32,000 bases of DNA from Candidatus Moranella endobia PCIT (GTDB lineage: Bacteria > Pseudomonadota > Gammaproteobacteria > Enterobacterales > Enterobacteriaceae). The DNA lies in assembly GCF_000219175.1 (NCBI RefSeq), contig NC_015735.1, positions 120,001 through 152,000 of the forward strand, written 5' to 3'. Made by a program: the position numbers and the translations under genes. Below the pieces are notes generated by a model. The model did not search any database and was not told the origin of the DNA. It saw only the letters and a list, made by a program, of their open reading frames with translations. Shown piece after piece: positions 8,208 through 18,239 of the stretch; the first letter of the stretch is position 1; every line of letters starts with the position of its first letter.

Positions 8208-8234
8208 CATGGGTAACAATTAGGAAAATAGATA

Positions 8235-9809
8235 ATGCAACAAATAACAAGTAGCCAATACCAGATAGAATTGCTGTACGCTCAAGCCTCTTACAGTTCC
8301 GATCCTACGGCTATATTCAACCAGTTGTGTGGTAACCGTCCCGCGACACTATTGCTGGAATCAGCTGAGATTGATAAGAAGCATGATCTTGAAAGCATGA
8401 TGGTAGTGGACAGCGCGCTGCGGATCACCGCCCTTGGCCAAACTGTAACAATTCAGGCTCTGAGTGCCAACGGCGCCGCTCTGTTGCCGCTGCTAAAAGA
8501 AGCTTTACCGGAGCAGGTGCCGTTGATTGTGCATCCCTATGGCTGTGAGCTAACTTTCCCACAAACGGAACAAGCAGTAGATGAGGACGCCAGGCTATGT
8601 TCGTTGTCTGTATTTGATTGTCTACGTCTGCTACTGAAGCTGGTTAAGCAACCGCCAGCATCACCGAAAGCGATGTTTTTCGGGGGCTTGTTCGCTTATG
8701 ATCTAGTTGCTGGTTTTGAAGCTTTGCCGTTACTGCGTCCAGGACAACGTTGCCCAGATTATTGCTTTTATCTTGCTGAAACTCTTCTGATACTAGATCA
8801 TCAGCAGCAAACCTGTGAACTGCAGTGCAGCCTATTTAGCCCCAATACAGTGGAAAAACAGCGATTGCAGCAACGTATTGAGCAATTACGACATCAGCTG
8901 CTAACTCAGGTGCCTGAACCACTACCGCATTTGGTTATTGATACCATGTCACTAACCTGCAGCCATAGCGACGAGGAGTATGGCATAATTATACGTCGCA
9001 TGCAGCAGGCCATTCGCAAAGGAGAAATTTTCCAGGTAGTGCCATCTAGGAGATTTTTCCTGCCATGTGCTTCTTCGCTTGCCGCCTACCGCACGTTGAA
9101 AAAAAATAATCCCAGTCCATATATGTTTTTCATGCAAGATAAGGAATTCACTTTGTTTGGTGCCTCGCCGGAAAGCGCGTTAAAATACGATCCAAACAAC
9201 AGGCAAATTGAAATTTACCCGATTGCTGGAACCCGCCCGCGTGGTCACCGCGATGACGGTACGTTGGATGCCGATCTCGACAGCAGAATCGAGCTGGCAA
9301 TGAGAATTGATCATAAAGAGTTAGCTGAGCATCTGATGTTAGTAGATTTGGCGCGCAACGATCTTGCGCGCATCTGTGAACCTGGCACTCGCTATGTAGC
9401 AGATCTTACCAAAGTCGATCGCTATTCTTTCGTCATGCATTTAGTTTCGCGGGTGGTAGGTAAGCTGAGAGCTGATCTTGACGTGCTACATGCTTATCGT
9501 GCTTGCATGAACATGGGTACATTGAGTGGAGCACCAAAAGTTCGAGCAATGCAGCTTATAGCCGAGGCTGAAGGTGAACGCCGCGGTAGTTACGGCGGTG
9601 CAATTGGTTATTTCACTGCTACTGGCGCTCTCGATACCTGTATTATCATCCGTTCCGCCTATGTAGAAGACGGCATAGCCACAGTACAGGCAGGGGCGGG
9701 CGTGGTACTGGATTCTGTTCCACAAACTGAAGCCGACGAAAGTCGCAATAAAGCACGTGCGGTTTTGCGCGCGATTGCTACCACCCATGATGCAAAGGAA
9801 CTGTTCTAA
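8235..9809 (+). CDS. trpE: Anthranilate synthase component I
   Basis: 524 aa, collinear with E. coli TrpE. Shared motifs are [110 protein letters not shown]...[57 protein letters not shown] and [31 protein letters not shown]. Confidence 0.97.
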   Translation: MQQITSSQYQIELLYAQASYSSDPTAIFNQLCGNRPATLLLESAEIDKKHDLESMMVVDSALRITALGQTVTIQALSANGAALLPLLKEALPEQVPLIVHPYGCELTFPQTEQAVDEDARLCSLSVFDCLRLLLKLVKQPPASPKAMFFGGLFAYDLVAGFEALPLLRPGQRCPDYCFYLAETLLILDHQQQTCELQCSLFSPNTVEKQRLQQRIEQLRHQLLTQVPEPLPHLVIDTMSLTCSHSDEEYGIIIRRMQQAIRKGEIFQVVPSRRFFLPCASSLAAYRTLKKNNPSPYMFFMQDKEFTLFGASPESALKYDPNNRQIEIYPIAGTRPRGHRDDGTLDADLDSRIELAMRIDHKELAEHLMLVDLARNDLARICEPGTRYVADLTKVDRYSFVMHLVSRVVGKLRADLDVLHAYRACMNMGTLSGAPKVRAMQLIAEAEGERRGSYGGAIGYFTATGALDTCIIIRSAYVEDGIATVQAGAGVVLDSVPQTEADESRNKARAVLRAIATTHDAKELF

Positions 9810-10387
9810 TGGCCGATATTCTGTTGCTCGATAACATCGACTCTTTTACCTATAATATAGTGGATCAGTTACGTGCTAGCTCTCATAGAGTATTAATTTA
9901 CCGCAATCATTTGCCGGCAGAACTTATCACGCGGTCGCTTTCTAAAATGAAACAACCGATTCTAATACTATCGCCTGGGCCAGGAGCACCAGCTCAGGCA
10001 GGCTGCATGCCAGAATTGCTTACCAAACTACGAGGTCGGTTACCAATCATCGGCATCTGCCTAGGGCATCAGGCAATAGTAGAAGCCTACAGTGGTCATA
10101 TAGGCCAGGCTGATGAGATTATGCATGGTAAAGCTTCGCCTATACATCACGATAATCAGGGGATGTTCGCAGGGATACCTAATCCGCTGACGGTGGCGCG
10201 CTATCATTCACTGATATGCAGTCAGGTACCGAAGTCGCTAACAGTTAACGCTCACTATAACAAAATGATCATGGCAGTACGCAATGACGAAGATCGGATC
10301 TGTGGCTTCCAATTTCATCCTGAATCAATTTTAACTACCCAAGGAGCAAATTTGTTAAATCAAACACTAGTTTGGGCGCTGACATAA
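9809..10387 (+). CDS. trpG: Anthranilate synthase component II (glutamine amidotransferase only)
   Basis: [20 protein letters not shown].....[71 protein letters not shown] and [22 protein letters not shown] match residues 1 to about 195 of the E. coli TrpG-TrpD fusion. The start overlaps the trpE stop (TAATG). The ORF stops exactly where the phosphoribosyltransferase domain begins in E. coli. Confidence 0.93.
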   Translation: MADILLLDNIDSFTYNIVDQLRASSHRVLIYRNHLPAELITRSLSKMKQPILILSPGPGAPAQAGCMPELLTKLRGRLPIIGICLGHQAIVEAYSGHIGQADEIMHGKASPIHHDNQGMFAGIPNPLTVARYHSLICSQVPKSLTVNAHYNKMIMAVRNDEDRICGFQFHPESILTTQGANLLNQTLVWALT

Positions 10388-10464
10388 CACACCACTAGTA
10401 ACGATATTTTATGATCAATACCTAATGGCTACCGCGCAGAATGGCCATGACAGCAAGAGGATAA
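10388..10464 (+). pseudogene. trpD: Relic of anthranilate phosphoribosyltransferase (almost complete deletion)
   Basis: Only 84 nt separate the trpG stop from the trpC ATG, whereas a TrpD domain needs about 1 kb. Directly in frame after the trpG stop the sequence reads HTTSNDIL*, comparable to E. coli ..ANTLQPILEKLY at the start of the TrpD domain. The last codons, ACA GCA AGA GGA TAA (..TARG*, 10450-10464), match the E. coli TrpD end GCG GCA CGA GGG TAA (..AARG*), which also sits just before the trpC ATG. Confidence 0.5.
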
Positions 10465-10471
10465 TCAATCC

Positions 10472-11827
10472 ATGCAGGACAAGATACTTGAAACAATAGT
10501 CGCCGCTAAATATAAATGGGTGGCTAATCGAAAACAGCTGCAGCCGTTGGATAGTTTTTTTTATCAGGTACATCCCAGCACCCGCAGTTTTTATCAAGCA
10601 CTGTCAGGTACTAGGACGTCTTTTATCCTAGAGTGCAAACAAGCGTCGCCGTCTAAGGGCATTATTCGCGCTAATTTTGACCCGCTAGCTATCGCTGGGG
10701 TGTACCGACATTACTCTTCTGCTATTTCGGTGCTAACCGAAGAGAAATCTTTCCAGGGCAGTTTCGATTTCTTACGTCAAGTTAGACAAACTGTGGGACA
10801 GCCGATCTTATGCAAAGATTTTATCATCGATCCCTGGCAGATTTACCTAGCTAGATTGTATCAGGCTGACGCTATTTTACTGATGTTATCCGTCCTGGAT
10901 GATGATACCTACTGTACACTAACTTCAGTGGCCCACAGCCTAAGTATGGGAGTGTTGACTGAAATATTAAACAATGCCGAGCGCGAGCGAGCGATTGCGC
11001 TGAAAGCGCAGGTGGTTGGTATCAATAATCGAGATTTACGTGATTTGTCCATAGATTTGAACCGCACCCGCACCCTTGGTCCTTGTCTTCCAGCAGGAGT
11101 CACGGTCATTAGCGAGTCTGGCATGAAGCATTATCGTCAAGTACACGAACTAAGCTACTACGTCAATGGTTTTCTTATTGGTAGTGCGCTAATGGCCGAA
11201 CTAGAATTGATGCTGGCGGTAAACAGGGTGCTACTAGGGGAAAACAAAGTCTGTGGTTTGACCCGCGCCGCTGATGCGCGCGCTTCTTTGGATGCCGGCA
11301 TGCTTTACGGTGGGATCATTTTTGTTCTTGGTTCTCCTAGGCAGGTCAAAAATAATTGCTGCACCGTCATTGCCGGTGCAGCGCTGCGCTATATTGGTGT
11401 GTTTTTTGATGCTCCGATGAGCAAAATTACTGCTAAAGCAAGAGCACTATCGTTGGCAGCAGTACAGTTACACGGTAGCGAAGATAAGACCTATATTGAC
11501 GCTCTGCGTCAGTCACTGCCAATCGATTGCCGTATATGGAAAGCACTAAATATAAACAATACCATACTGGCACGCAAACTGGCCCAAGTAGAGCGCTATT
11601 TGATTGACAATGGTGGCGGCAGCGGCAAACCTTTCGACTGGTTGCTATTAAATGATGCAGCGCTAAAGAACGTCATGCTTGCTGGCGGTCTGGGTGTAGA
11701 TAATTGTGTGGCCGCTGCCAGTTTTAGCGGCGTTGGCCTGGATTACAATTCTGGAGTCGAAAGTTCACCTGGTATTAAAGATCATAATAAACTAGCAACG
11801 GTATTTCAAACGCTGCGTGCATATTAA
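10472..11827 (+). CDS. trpC: Bifunctional indole-3-glycerol-phosphate synthase / phosphoribosylanthranilate isomerase
   Basis: 451 aa, collinear with E. coli TrpC(F). Shared motifs are FILECK.ASPSKG.IR..FDP, SAISVLT.EK.FQGSF.FL, PILCKDFIIDP.QIYLAR.YQADA.LLMLSVLDDD.Y, MGVLTE, VVGINNRDLRDLSIDLNRTR, ISESG, GFLIGSALMA, RVLLGENKVCGLTR, LSLAAVQLHG.E, D.GGGSG..FDW.LL and LAGGLG.DNC. AAGAGGA lies upstream. Confidence 0.95.
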   Translation: MQDKILETIVAAKYKWVANRKQLQPLDSFFYQVHPSTRSFYQALSGTRTSFILECKQASPSKGIIRANFDPLAIAGVYRHYSSAISVLTEEKSFQGSFDFLRQVRQTVGQPILCKDFIIDPWQIYLARLYQADAILLMLSVLDDDTYCTLTSVAHSLSMGVLTEILNNAERERAIALKAQVVGINNRDLRDLSIDLNRTRTLGPCLPAGVTVISESGMKHYRQVHELSYYVNGFLIGSALMAELELMLAVNRVLLGENKVCGLTRAADARASLDAGMLYGGIIFVLGSPRQVKNNCCTVIAGAALRYIGVFFDAPMSKITAKARALSLAAVQLHGSEDKTYIDALRQSLPIDCRIWKALNINNTILARKLAQVERYLIDNGGGSGKPFDWLLLNDAALKNVMLAGGLGVDNCVAAASFSGVGLDYNSGVESSPGIKDHNKLATVFQTLRAY

Positions 11828-11865
11828 CAAAAAAATTAGACTGAAACTGTGAGAGACAACCAAGT

Positions 11866-13056
11866 ATGACACTAGTTAATCCTTATTTTGGCGAGTTTGG
11901 CGGTATGTATGTGCCCCAAATTCTTATGCCAACGCTGCTCCAACTGGAAGAGGCGTTCGTTAACGCCCAAAGCGACCATGCATTTCAGGCTGAATTCAGT
12001 AGTCTGCTTACACATTACGCTGGGCGGCCGACACCACTAACCATTTGCCACAATCTAACCACCGGTACTAAGACAAAATTGTATCTGAAACGAGAAGACT
12101 TACTACACGGTGGCGCCCATAAAACCAACCAGGTATTGGGCCAAGCACTCTTGGCCAAACGCATGGGAAAAACAGAAATTATCGCTGAAACTGGTGCTGG
12201 CCAGCACGGCGTAGCATCGGCACTTTCTTCTGCATTGCTTGGGCTGAAATGCCGCATTTATATGGGTGAAAAAGATATTGAGCGCCAGTCACCGAACGTA
12301 TTTCGTATGAAGCTGATGGGTGCAGAGGTCATTCCAGTACACAGCGGTTCCTCTACCCTAAAAGATGCCTGCAACGAAGCTTTGCGCGACTGGTCCGACA
12401 GTTATGAAAGAGCTCACTATATGCTAGGCACCGCTGCCGGTCCACATCCGTTCCCTACCATCGTGCGCGAATTTCAGCGAATGATAGGCGAGGAGACGCG
12501 CGCACAAATATTAGAGCACGAACAACGCCTGCCGGATGCATTAATTGCCTGTGTTGGTGGCGGTTCCAACGCCATCGGGATGTTCGCTGATTTCATTAAT
12601 GAACCTGACGTGCGCCTGATAGGCGTGGAGCCAGGCGGTAAAGGTATCGAAACTGGCAATCATGGTGCATCTCTTAAACATGGCCGGACTGGCATCTACT
12701 TCGGCATGAAGTCGCCGATGATGCAATCCGCCGAAGGACAGATTGAGGAGTCATATTCGATCTCAGCTGGTTTGGACTTTCCTTCGGTTGGTCCCCAGCA
12801 TGCTTACCTTGATAGCATCGGTCGCGCCGAGTACGTATCGGTTACTGATGAAGAAGCATTGGGCGCATTCCAGCGCCTATCACGCCAAGCTGGCATTATA
12901 CCAGCGCTTGAATCATCCCACGCTTTAGCCCATGCGCTACGTATGATTCAAGAGGCACCAAAAAAAGAACAGATACTCGTAGTAAATCTGTCTGGCCGAG
13001 GAGATAAAGATATTTTAACCGTTCATGATATTTTATCCGAACGAGGAGAAATCTAA
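11866..13056 (+). CDS. trpB: Tryptophan synthase beta chain
   Basis: [86 protein letters not shown] and [15 protein letters not shown] are near-identical to E. coli TrpB. 396 aa. Confidence 0.97.
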   Translation: MTLVNPYFGEFGGMYVPQILMPTLLQLEEAFVNAQSDHAFQAEFSSLLTHYAGRPTPLTICHNLTTGTKTKLYLKREDLLHGGAHKTNQVLGQALLAKRMGKTEIIAETGAGQHGVASALSSALLGLKCRIYMGEKDIERQSPNVFRMKLMGAEVIPVHSGSSTLKDACNEALRDWSDSYERAHYMLGTAAGPHPFPTIVREFQRMIGEETRAQILEHEQRLPDALIACVGGGSNAIGMFADFINEPDVRLIGVEPGGKGIETGNHGASLKHGRTGIYFGMKSPMMQSAEGQIEESYSISAGLDFPSVGPQHAYLDSIGRAEYVSVTDEEALGAFQRLSRQAGIIPALESSHALAHALRMIQEAPKKEQILVVNLSGRGDKDILTVHDILSERGEI

Positions 13057-13057
13057 T

Positions 13058-13864
13058 ATGGAACGCTATCAGAAATTATTTAGCAAGCTAACTTCACGCA
13101 CTGAAGGCGCTTTCGTGCCGTTTGTGACGCTTGGTGATCCTAGTCCTGTACTATCGCTGCAAATTATCGATACTCTTATTAGCGCAGGGGCCGATGCTTT
13201 AGAACTAGGCATACCGTTCTCCGATCCATTGGCCGATGGCCCAACTATTCAAAAAGCCAACCTGCGCGCGTTTGCCGCCGGCGTAACGCCGGCACACTGT
13301 TTTGAACTACTATCATCCATTCGTGCAAAATACGCTGAGATACCAATTGGATTGCTAATGTATGCCAATTTGGTATATAACGAAGGTATTGACTCTTTCT
13401 ACGCCCGCTGCGCCGCTGTTGGCGTTGACTCAGTGCTTGTAGCTGACGTGCCGCTGCAAGAAAGCCTACTATTTCGCCAAGCTGCGTTACGCCATGATGT
13501 GGCACCAATTTTTATTTGTCCACCAAACGCTGACAGCGAGCTGCTGCACGAAATAGCTTTTTACGGCCGAGCGTATACCTATCTGCTTTCGCGTGCAGGT
13601 GTCACTGGCAGTGAAAAAAGGGCAAATAAGCCGCTGACACAGCTTGTCAATGCATTGAAGAAGTATAAAGCAGCGCCCATACTTCAGGGCTTCGGTATTG
13701 CTGAACCCATCCAAGTACGCGCTGCTTTGCAGGCTGGTACCGCAGGTGCTATCTCAGGCTCGGCCATCGTGCGTATTATTGAAGAGCATGTGGATCATTC
13801 AACACTGATGCTAGAAAAATTGTCACTATTCGTTAGTGCAATGAAAGCTGCCACCCGCTGTTGA
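13058..13864 (+). CDS. trpA: Tryptophan synthase alpha chain
   Basis: MERY..LF..L.....[12 protein letters not shown]....[112 protein letters not shown] and LQGFGI...QV.AA...[14 protein letters not shown] match E. coli TrpA. The start at 13058 sits 1 nt after the trpB stop (TAA-T-ATG); the longer track ORF starting at 13025 is rejected. Confidence 0.96.
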   Translation: MERYQKLFSKLTSRTEGAFVPFVTLGDPSPVLSLQIIDTLISAGADALELGIPFSDPLADGPTIQKANLRAFAAGVTPAHCFELLSSIRAKYAEIPIGLLMYANLVYNEGIDSFYARCAAVGVDSVLVADVPLQESLLFRQAALRHDVAPIFICPPNADSELLHEIAFYGRAYTYLLSRAGVTGSEKRANKPLTQLVNALKKYKAAPILQGFGIAEPIQVRAALQAGTAGAISGSAIVRIIEEHVDHSTLMLEKLSLFVSAMKAATRC

Positions 13865-14096
13865 ATAAGTAAGATTGCTGCTAATTTAATTGCTAAATTA
13901 AACTTAATATTTATAGAAAAACTGACTATTAACTGCTAGTTCATGGTAGCTGTTTTGTCATAACACTAGCTGTTTGATAAGCATCCTATGCTCACTGAAA
14001 ATAAATAAAATTACCGGCAAGCAATACGGGGTTATAACAGTTATTATATATTCAAATTATTGGTATATTAGTTGATGTTTTTACCCAGGAGCCCCC

Positions 14097-14846
14097 ATGC
14101 CAAGAATAGCAAGTACCATGTACCAAGACATGCTAAATTTTTTCCGCAATCAGTTGACTAGTGTCGTGCTGTTGGCGCTATTAACAGCACTGATCAATGT
14201 TATTCTGGGGTATATACTGTCTCCGGGTAGCGCTCAGTTGAGAATACTGAACGACTGTAATAATATTAGTAACATTGCAGATATGAGCATTCAGCAGTTG
14301 GTACGAAATATGTCGCTTGAACAGCAAATGGTGCTGCTGAAAGCAGCTGCTGCTAGCACTATTGCTGGTATAGTCGGTAACGTTCTGCTTGCAAGCGGGC
14401 TGCTGAACATGGTTCGCCTGACCTCTAACAATCAGCAGCCTAACAGTGTATTACGCGCTATCGGCTTGTCTGCACCTATTTTACCGCGCCTGTTGTTACT
14501 AATTTTTCTTACAACATTGCTGGTGCAACTGGGAATGCTGTTTATTATCGTACCTGGTGTTGTATTTGCCATCGCCTTTAGCCTGGCGCCAGTAATTGCT
14601 ACCAGCGATAATCTAGGCACGATTAAATCAATGCGTATGAGCGCTAGTTTGGCGTTTGCTAATATCCGTTTGCTAGCACCTGCGGTATGTTTATGGCTGC
14701 TAGCTAAGGCTATAGTGTTACTGTTGGCAACCAAGTTAACGATAATATCATCGCTTATAGTAGCGGTGTTATTAAATGGGTTAATCAATCTTCTTTCTGC
14801 TATTCTGCTGATCTATCTATTTCGCCTATATATTTTGTTGCGATAG
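14097..14846 (+). CDS. yciC: UPF0259 family inner-membrane protein YciC
   Basis: ..Y.D..NFFRNQ......L.LL.A.I.V.LG...SP..AQL, QN/RNMS.EQQ..LL.A.AAST..G..GN..LA.G, LRAIG.SAPILP.L...IFLTTLLVQ.G......PG, MR.S..L..AN.RL.APAV..WLLAK..LLL and SA.LLIYLFRLY.L matches my memory of E. coli YciC (247 aa). As in E. coli it lies in the trp neighbourhood. Confidence 0.85.
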   Translation: MPRIASTMYQDMLNFFRNQLTSVVLLALLTALINVILGYILSPGSAQLRILNDCNNISNIADMSIQQLVRNMSLEQQMVLLKAAAASTIAGIVGNVLLASGLLNMVRLTSNNQQPNSVLRAIGLSAPILPRLLLLIFLTTLLVQLGMLFIIVPGVVFAIAFSLAPVIATSDNLGTIKSMRMSASLAFANIRLLAPAVCLWLLAKAIVLLLATKLTIISSLIVAVLLNGLINLLSAILLIYLFRLYILLR

Positions 14847-14902
14847 GTCTAACTAACTAATTTAGCCACCGCCACCAATCAGTTTGTTCATAAGTAACTG
14901 TA

Positions 14903-16552
14903 TCAATGACGCCAGGATTTATATTGATTGATTAGTCCATTAGTAGAACTATCATGGGTGTCAATTATATTATCCTGTGTCAATTCCGGCAAAATGTGAT
15001 CAGCGAGCTGCTTGCCAAGCTCGACGCCCCATTGATCGAAGGTATATATATTGAATATCACTCCTTGAGTAAAAATCTTGTGCTCATACATTGCAATTAG
15101 CGCCCCCAGGCTATAGGGGGTAATCTCACGTAGCAAAATAGAGTTAGTGGGACGGTTACCCTCAAAAACGTTAAAAGGGGCTACGTGCCGTACTTGATCC
15201 GGCGACTTACCTGCAGTGCAGAATTCATGATCAACTACTGCTCTTGATTTGCCAAAGGCTAATGCTTCAGTTTGTGCGAAGAAATTAGACAAAAGTTTAA
15301 CATGATGATCAGTAATAGGATTATGGCTGATGGCTGGTGCAATAAAATCGCAAGGCACTATCTTGGTTCCTTGGTGAATTAGTTGATAAAATGCATGCTG
15401 ACCGTTAGTGCCTGGCTCACCCCATATAATTGGACCGGTTTGATATCTAACTGTATGTCCTTCGCGATCGACATATTTACCATTAGATTCCATATTGCCC
15501 TGCTGTAAATATGCAGCAAAGCGGTGCATATATTGATCGTAAGGCAAAATTGCCTCGGTTTCCATGCCGTAGAAATTATTGTACCAAATGCCAATTAGCG
15601 CAAGCAGCACTGGTAAATTATTATTTAGCGGCGTTTTTAAAAAATGATGGTCCATAGCATGTGCACCGCTGAGCAGTTTTTCAAAATTATCGAAACCAAG
15701 TGATAGCGAAATAGATAACCCGATGGCGGACCAGAGCGAATAGCGGCCGCCAACCCAGTCCCAGAACTCAAACATATTTTCCGGATCGATACCAAATTCA
15801 GCTACTGCTTTTGCGTTAGTGGACAAAGCAGCAAAATGGCAAGTAACATATTTCTGATCGACTGCGGTTTGCAGGAACCAATCCCGCGCGCTGCGGGCGT
15901 TGGTCATAGTTTCCTGAGTAGTAAAGGTTTTAGAGGCTACTAGAAAAAACGTGGTTGCTGGATCCAGGCATTTTAATGTTTCAGCAATATGAGTGCCGTC
16001 AACATTAGACACATAATGCATTTTAAGGTGATTTTTATACGGCCGTAATGCTTCAGTGACCATATACGGGCCAAGATCGGAGCCGCCGATACCAATATTG
16101 ACGATATCTATGATAGTGCGTCCGGTATAGCCTTTCCATTCACCGCTGATCAACCTCTCGCTGAAATGTTTCATTTTAGTAAGTACCGCATTGACGTCAG
16201 CCATTACATCCTGACCTTCCAGGTAAATAGGCGTATTGCTACGGTTGCGTAACGCTACATGCAACACTGCTCGATCCTCGGTGTGGTTAATTTTATCGCC
16301 GTTAAACATTGCAGCAATAGCATTACTTACGCCACACTCAGTCGCCAGCGCCAATAATAGGGTTATGGTTTTTGAGGTAATGCGATTTTTTGAATAATCA
16401 ACTAGTATCTGGTTAGCAAAATTTGCTGAGAAAGAAGAAAAACGTTCTGGATCCTGTGCAAACAGGTCTATTATTTGTACGTATTTCATCGATTCGAAAT
16501 GTGTTTGCAACGATTTCCAGGCCGAAGTATGGCTGGGATTGATATTTTTCAT
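14903..16552 (-). CDS. pgi: Glucose-6-phosphate isomerase
   Basis: 549 aa, the same length as E. coli Pgi. Shared motifs are [116 protein letters not shown] and [13 protein letters not shown]. Confidence 0.97.
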   Translation of the reverse strand: MKNINPSHTSAWKSLQTHFESMKYVQIIDLFAQDPERFSSFSANFANQILVDYSKNRITSKTITLLLALATECGVSNAIAAMFNGDKINHTEDRAVLHVALRNRSNTPIYLEGQDVMADVNAVLTKMKHFSERLISGEWKGYTGRTIIDIVNIGIGGSDLGPYMVTEALRPYKNHLKMHYVSNVDGTHIAETLKCLDPATTFFLVASKTFTTQETMTNARSARDWFLQTAVDQKYVTCHFAALSTNAKAVAEFGIDPENMFEFWDWVGGRYSLWSAIGLSISLSLGFDNFEKLLSGAHAMDHHFLKTPLNNNLPVLLALIGIWYNNFYGMETEAILPYDQYMHRFAAYLQQGNMESNGKYVDREGHTVRYQTGPIIWGEPGTNGQHAFYQLIHQGTKIVPCDFIAPAISHNPITDHHVKLLSNFFAQTEALAFGKSRAVVDHEFCTAGKSPDQVRHVAPFNVFEGNRPTNSILLREITPYSLGALIAMYEHKIFTQGVIFNIYTFDQWGVELGKQLADHILPELTQDNIIDTHDSSTNGLINQYKSWRH

Positions 16553-16709
16553 ACAAACATCCTATCGCTAAAATTGCTAAAAACAGTTCTATTTAGCACA
16601 TTAGTGCTACTAAAGGCCAATTTAAGGTATTGTTCGTAGATAATCGGTATAAATGCATACGAGCTATTGGCTGGCCGGCATCAGGAAATAAACTTTAGTA
16701 GCCACAGCT

Positions 16710-18155
16710 TTAGGCGGTACCACCTACAGTGATTTTATCCAACTTCACCGTCGGCTGGCCCACACCAACCGGTAAACTTTGGCCTTCTTTATTACAGACG
16801 CCTACACCGTTATCTAAAGCCAAATCATTTCCGACCATTGATATTTGCTGCATCGCTTCGATACCTGATCCGATTAACGTCGCGCCTTTCACCGGCTTAG
16901 TAACACGGCCTTTTTCAATTAAATAAGCTTCAGAGGTGGAGAAAACAAACTTACCAGAGGTAATATCCACTTGGCCGCCGCTAAAGTTAGGTGCATAAAT
17001 ACCGTGGTTAACACTAGCAATAATCTCGGCCGGTGTAGATTTACCTGTCAACAGGTAGGTATTGGTCATACGTGGCATTGGTAAATGTGCATGGGACTCG
17101 CGGCGGCCATTGCCAGTGGGCGCTACCTCCATCAGCTGGGCGTTGAGTTTGTCCTGCATGTACCCTTTCAACCAGCCTTTTTCTATCAGCACATTATATT
17201 GTCCTGGTACTCCCTCATCATCGATAGCCAGCGAGCCGCGACGGCCGGTAAGCGTACCATCGTCTACTACTGTGCATAGTTCAGATGCTACTAACTCACC
17301 TATCTGGCCGCTGAACACAGAGTTGCCGCGGCGGTTGAAATCACCTTCAAGGCCGTGCCCTACTGCTTCGTGCAACATAACACCAGGCCAACCTGCCCCC
17401 AGCACCACCGGCATAGCGCCAGCTGGTGCGGCGGCAGCAGAAAGATTTACAAGCGCCATTCGCACCGCTTCTCGCGCAAAACTATCAGCACGCACCTCGC
17501 CGTTCACCTCTTCCAAGAAAAAATTATAACTAACACGACCACCGCCGCCGCTGGTACCGCGTTCTCTTTTACCGTCCTGCTCCACTTGCGCGCTTATAGA
17601 AAGCTGCACCAGTGGACGCACATCAGTCGCAAGCGTACCGTCAGTAGCGGCGACCAGCATCTGTTCGTACAAACCCGACAAGCTGGCTGTCACTGCCTGA
17701 ACACGTGTATCAGCGTCGCGCGCAGCTTTATCCACTCGGTGTAGTAACGCGATTTTTTCATCGCACGGTAAGCTATTAAGCGGATCTAACAAAGGATACA
17801 GAGGGCAGTAGCTTACCGCCCCCAGGATCTTGACTTGGCCACTGCCAGCTTCTCTAACAATACTGCGTGCGGCCAGCGCGCTTTTGTTCAATGCCGCAAA
17901 TGTAATTTGGTCAGAATAAGCAAAACCGGTTTTTTCTCCGCTGATCGCGCGAGCACCAATACCTTGTTCGATATTATGCGACCCTTTTTTTATTATGCGG
18001 TCTTCAATGATCCATGTTTCATGATAGCTTGACTTAAAATATAGATCAGCATAGTCCAGACGTCGTGCGCTCATCTGTTCTAGTAAGTTAAAAAGATGTT
18101 CATACTGCAGATTATTAGCAGAAAGTAAATGGTCACTGACCAATGTCAGACTCAT
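16710..18155 (-). CDS. tldD: Metalloprotease TldD
   Basis: 481 aa, the same length as E. coli TldD. Shared motifs are [45 protein letters not shown], the HExxGH zinc motif ([15 protein letters not shown]), DDG.....[31 protein letters not shown] and [19 protein letters not shown]. Confidence 0.95.
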   Translation of the reverse strand: MSLTLVSDHLLSANNLQYEHLFNLLEQMSARRLDYADLYFKSSYHETWIIEDRIIKKGSHNIEQGIGARAISGEKTGFAYSDQITFAALNKSALAARSIVREAGSGQVKILGAVSYCPLYPLLDPLNSLPCDEKIALLHRVDKAARDADTRVQAVTASLSGLYEQMLVAATDGTLATDVRPLVQLSISAQVEQDGKRERGTSGGGGRVSYNFFLEEVNGEVRADSFAREAVRMALVNLSAAAAPAGAMPVVLGAGWPGVMLHEAVGHGLEGDFNRRGNSVFSGQIGELVASELCTVVDDGTLTGRRGSLAIDDEGVPGQYNVLIEKGWLKGYMQDKLNAQLMEVAPTGNGRRESHAHLPMPRMTNTYLLTGKSTPAEIIASVNHGIYAPNFSGGQVDITSGKFVFSTSEAYLIEKGRVTKPVKGATLIGSGIEAMQQISMVGNDLALDNGVGVCNKEGQSLPVGVGQPTVKLDKITVGGTA

Positions 18156-18239
18156 AGAGGTAACATCCTGAATGGAAGTATGTGTTTTTTTTACAAAACA
18201 TTTAGTAATAATACTGCAATTTTGTTTGTCTTATGAAGG

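Noticed and set aside
8126-8254. Alternative leader ORF starting at ATG 8126 (MWLVALSCVV...), with one Trp codon at position 2
   Set aside because: It has no SD, reads straight through the attenuator hairpin and overlaps the trpE start out of frame. It lacks tandem Trp codons, so it is unlikely to be a regulatory leader peptide.
10415-10597. 60-aa minus-strand ORF across the trpG-trpC junction
   Set aside because: It is antisense to the trpC start and the trpD relic, with no homology or RBS. It is spurious.
13865-14096. Search for the trp operon terminator after trpA
   Set aside because: I found only a short direct repeat (TAGCTGTTT twice) and no convincing GC-rich hairpin with a U-run, so no terminator is annotated.
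17062-17744. 155-aa, 64-aa and 129-aa plus-strand ORFs
   Set aside because: All are antisense to the full-length, highly conserved tldD. The translations are Pro/Ser/Ala-rich shadow ORFs.
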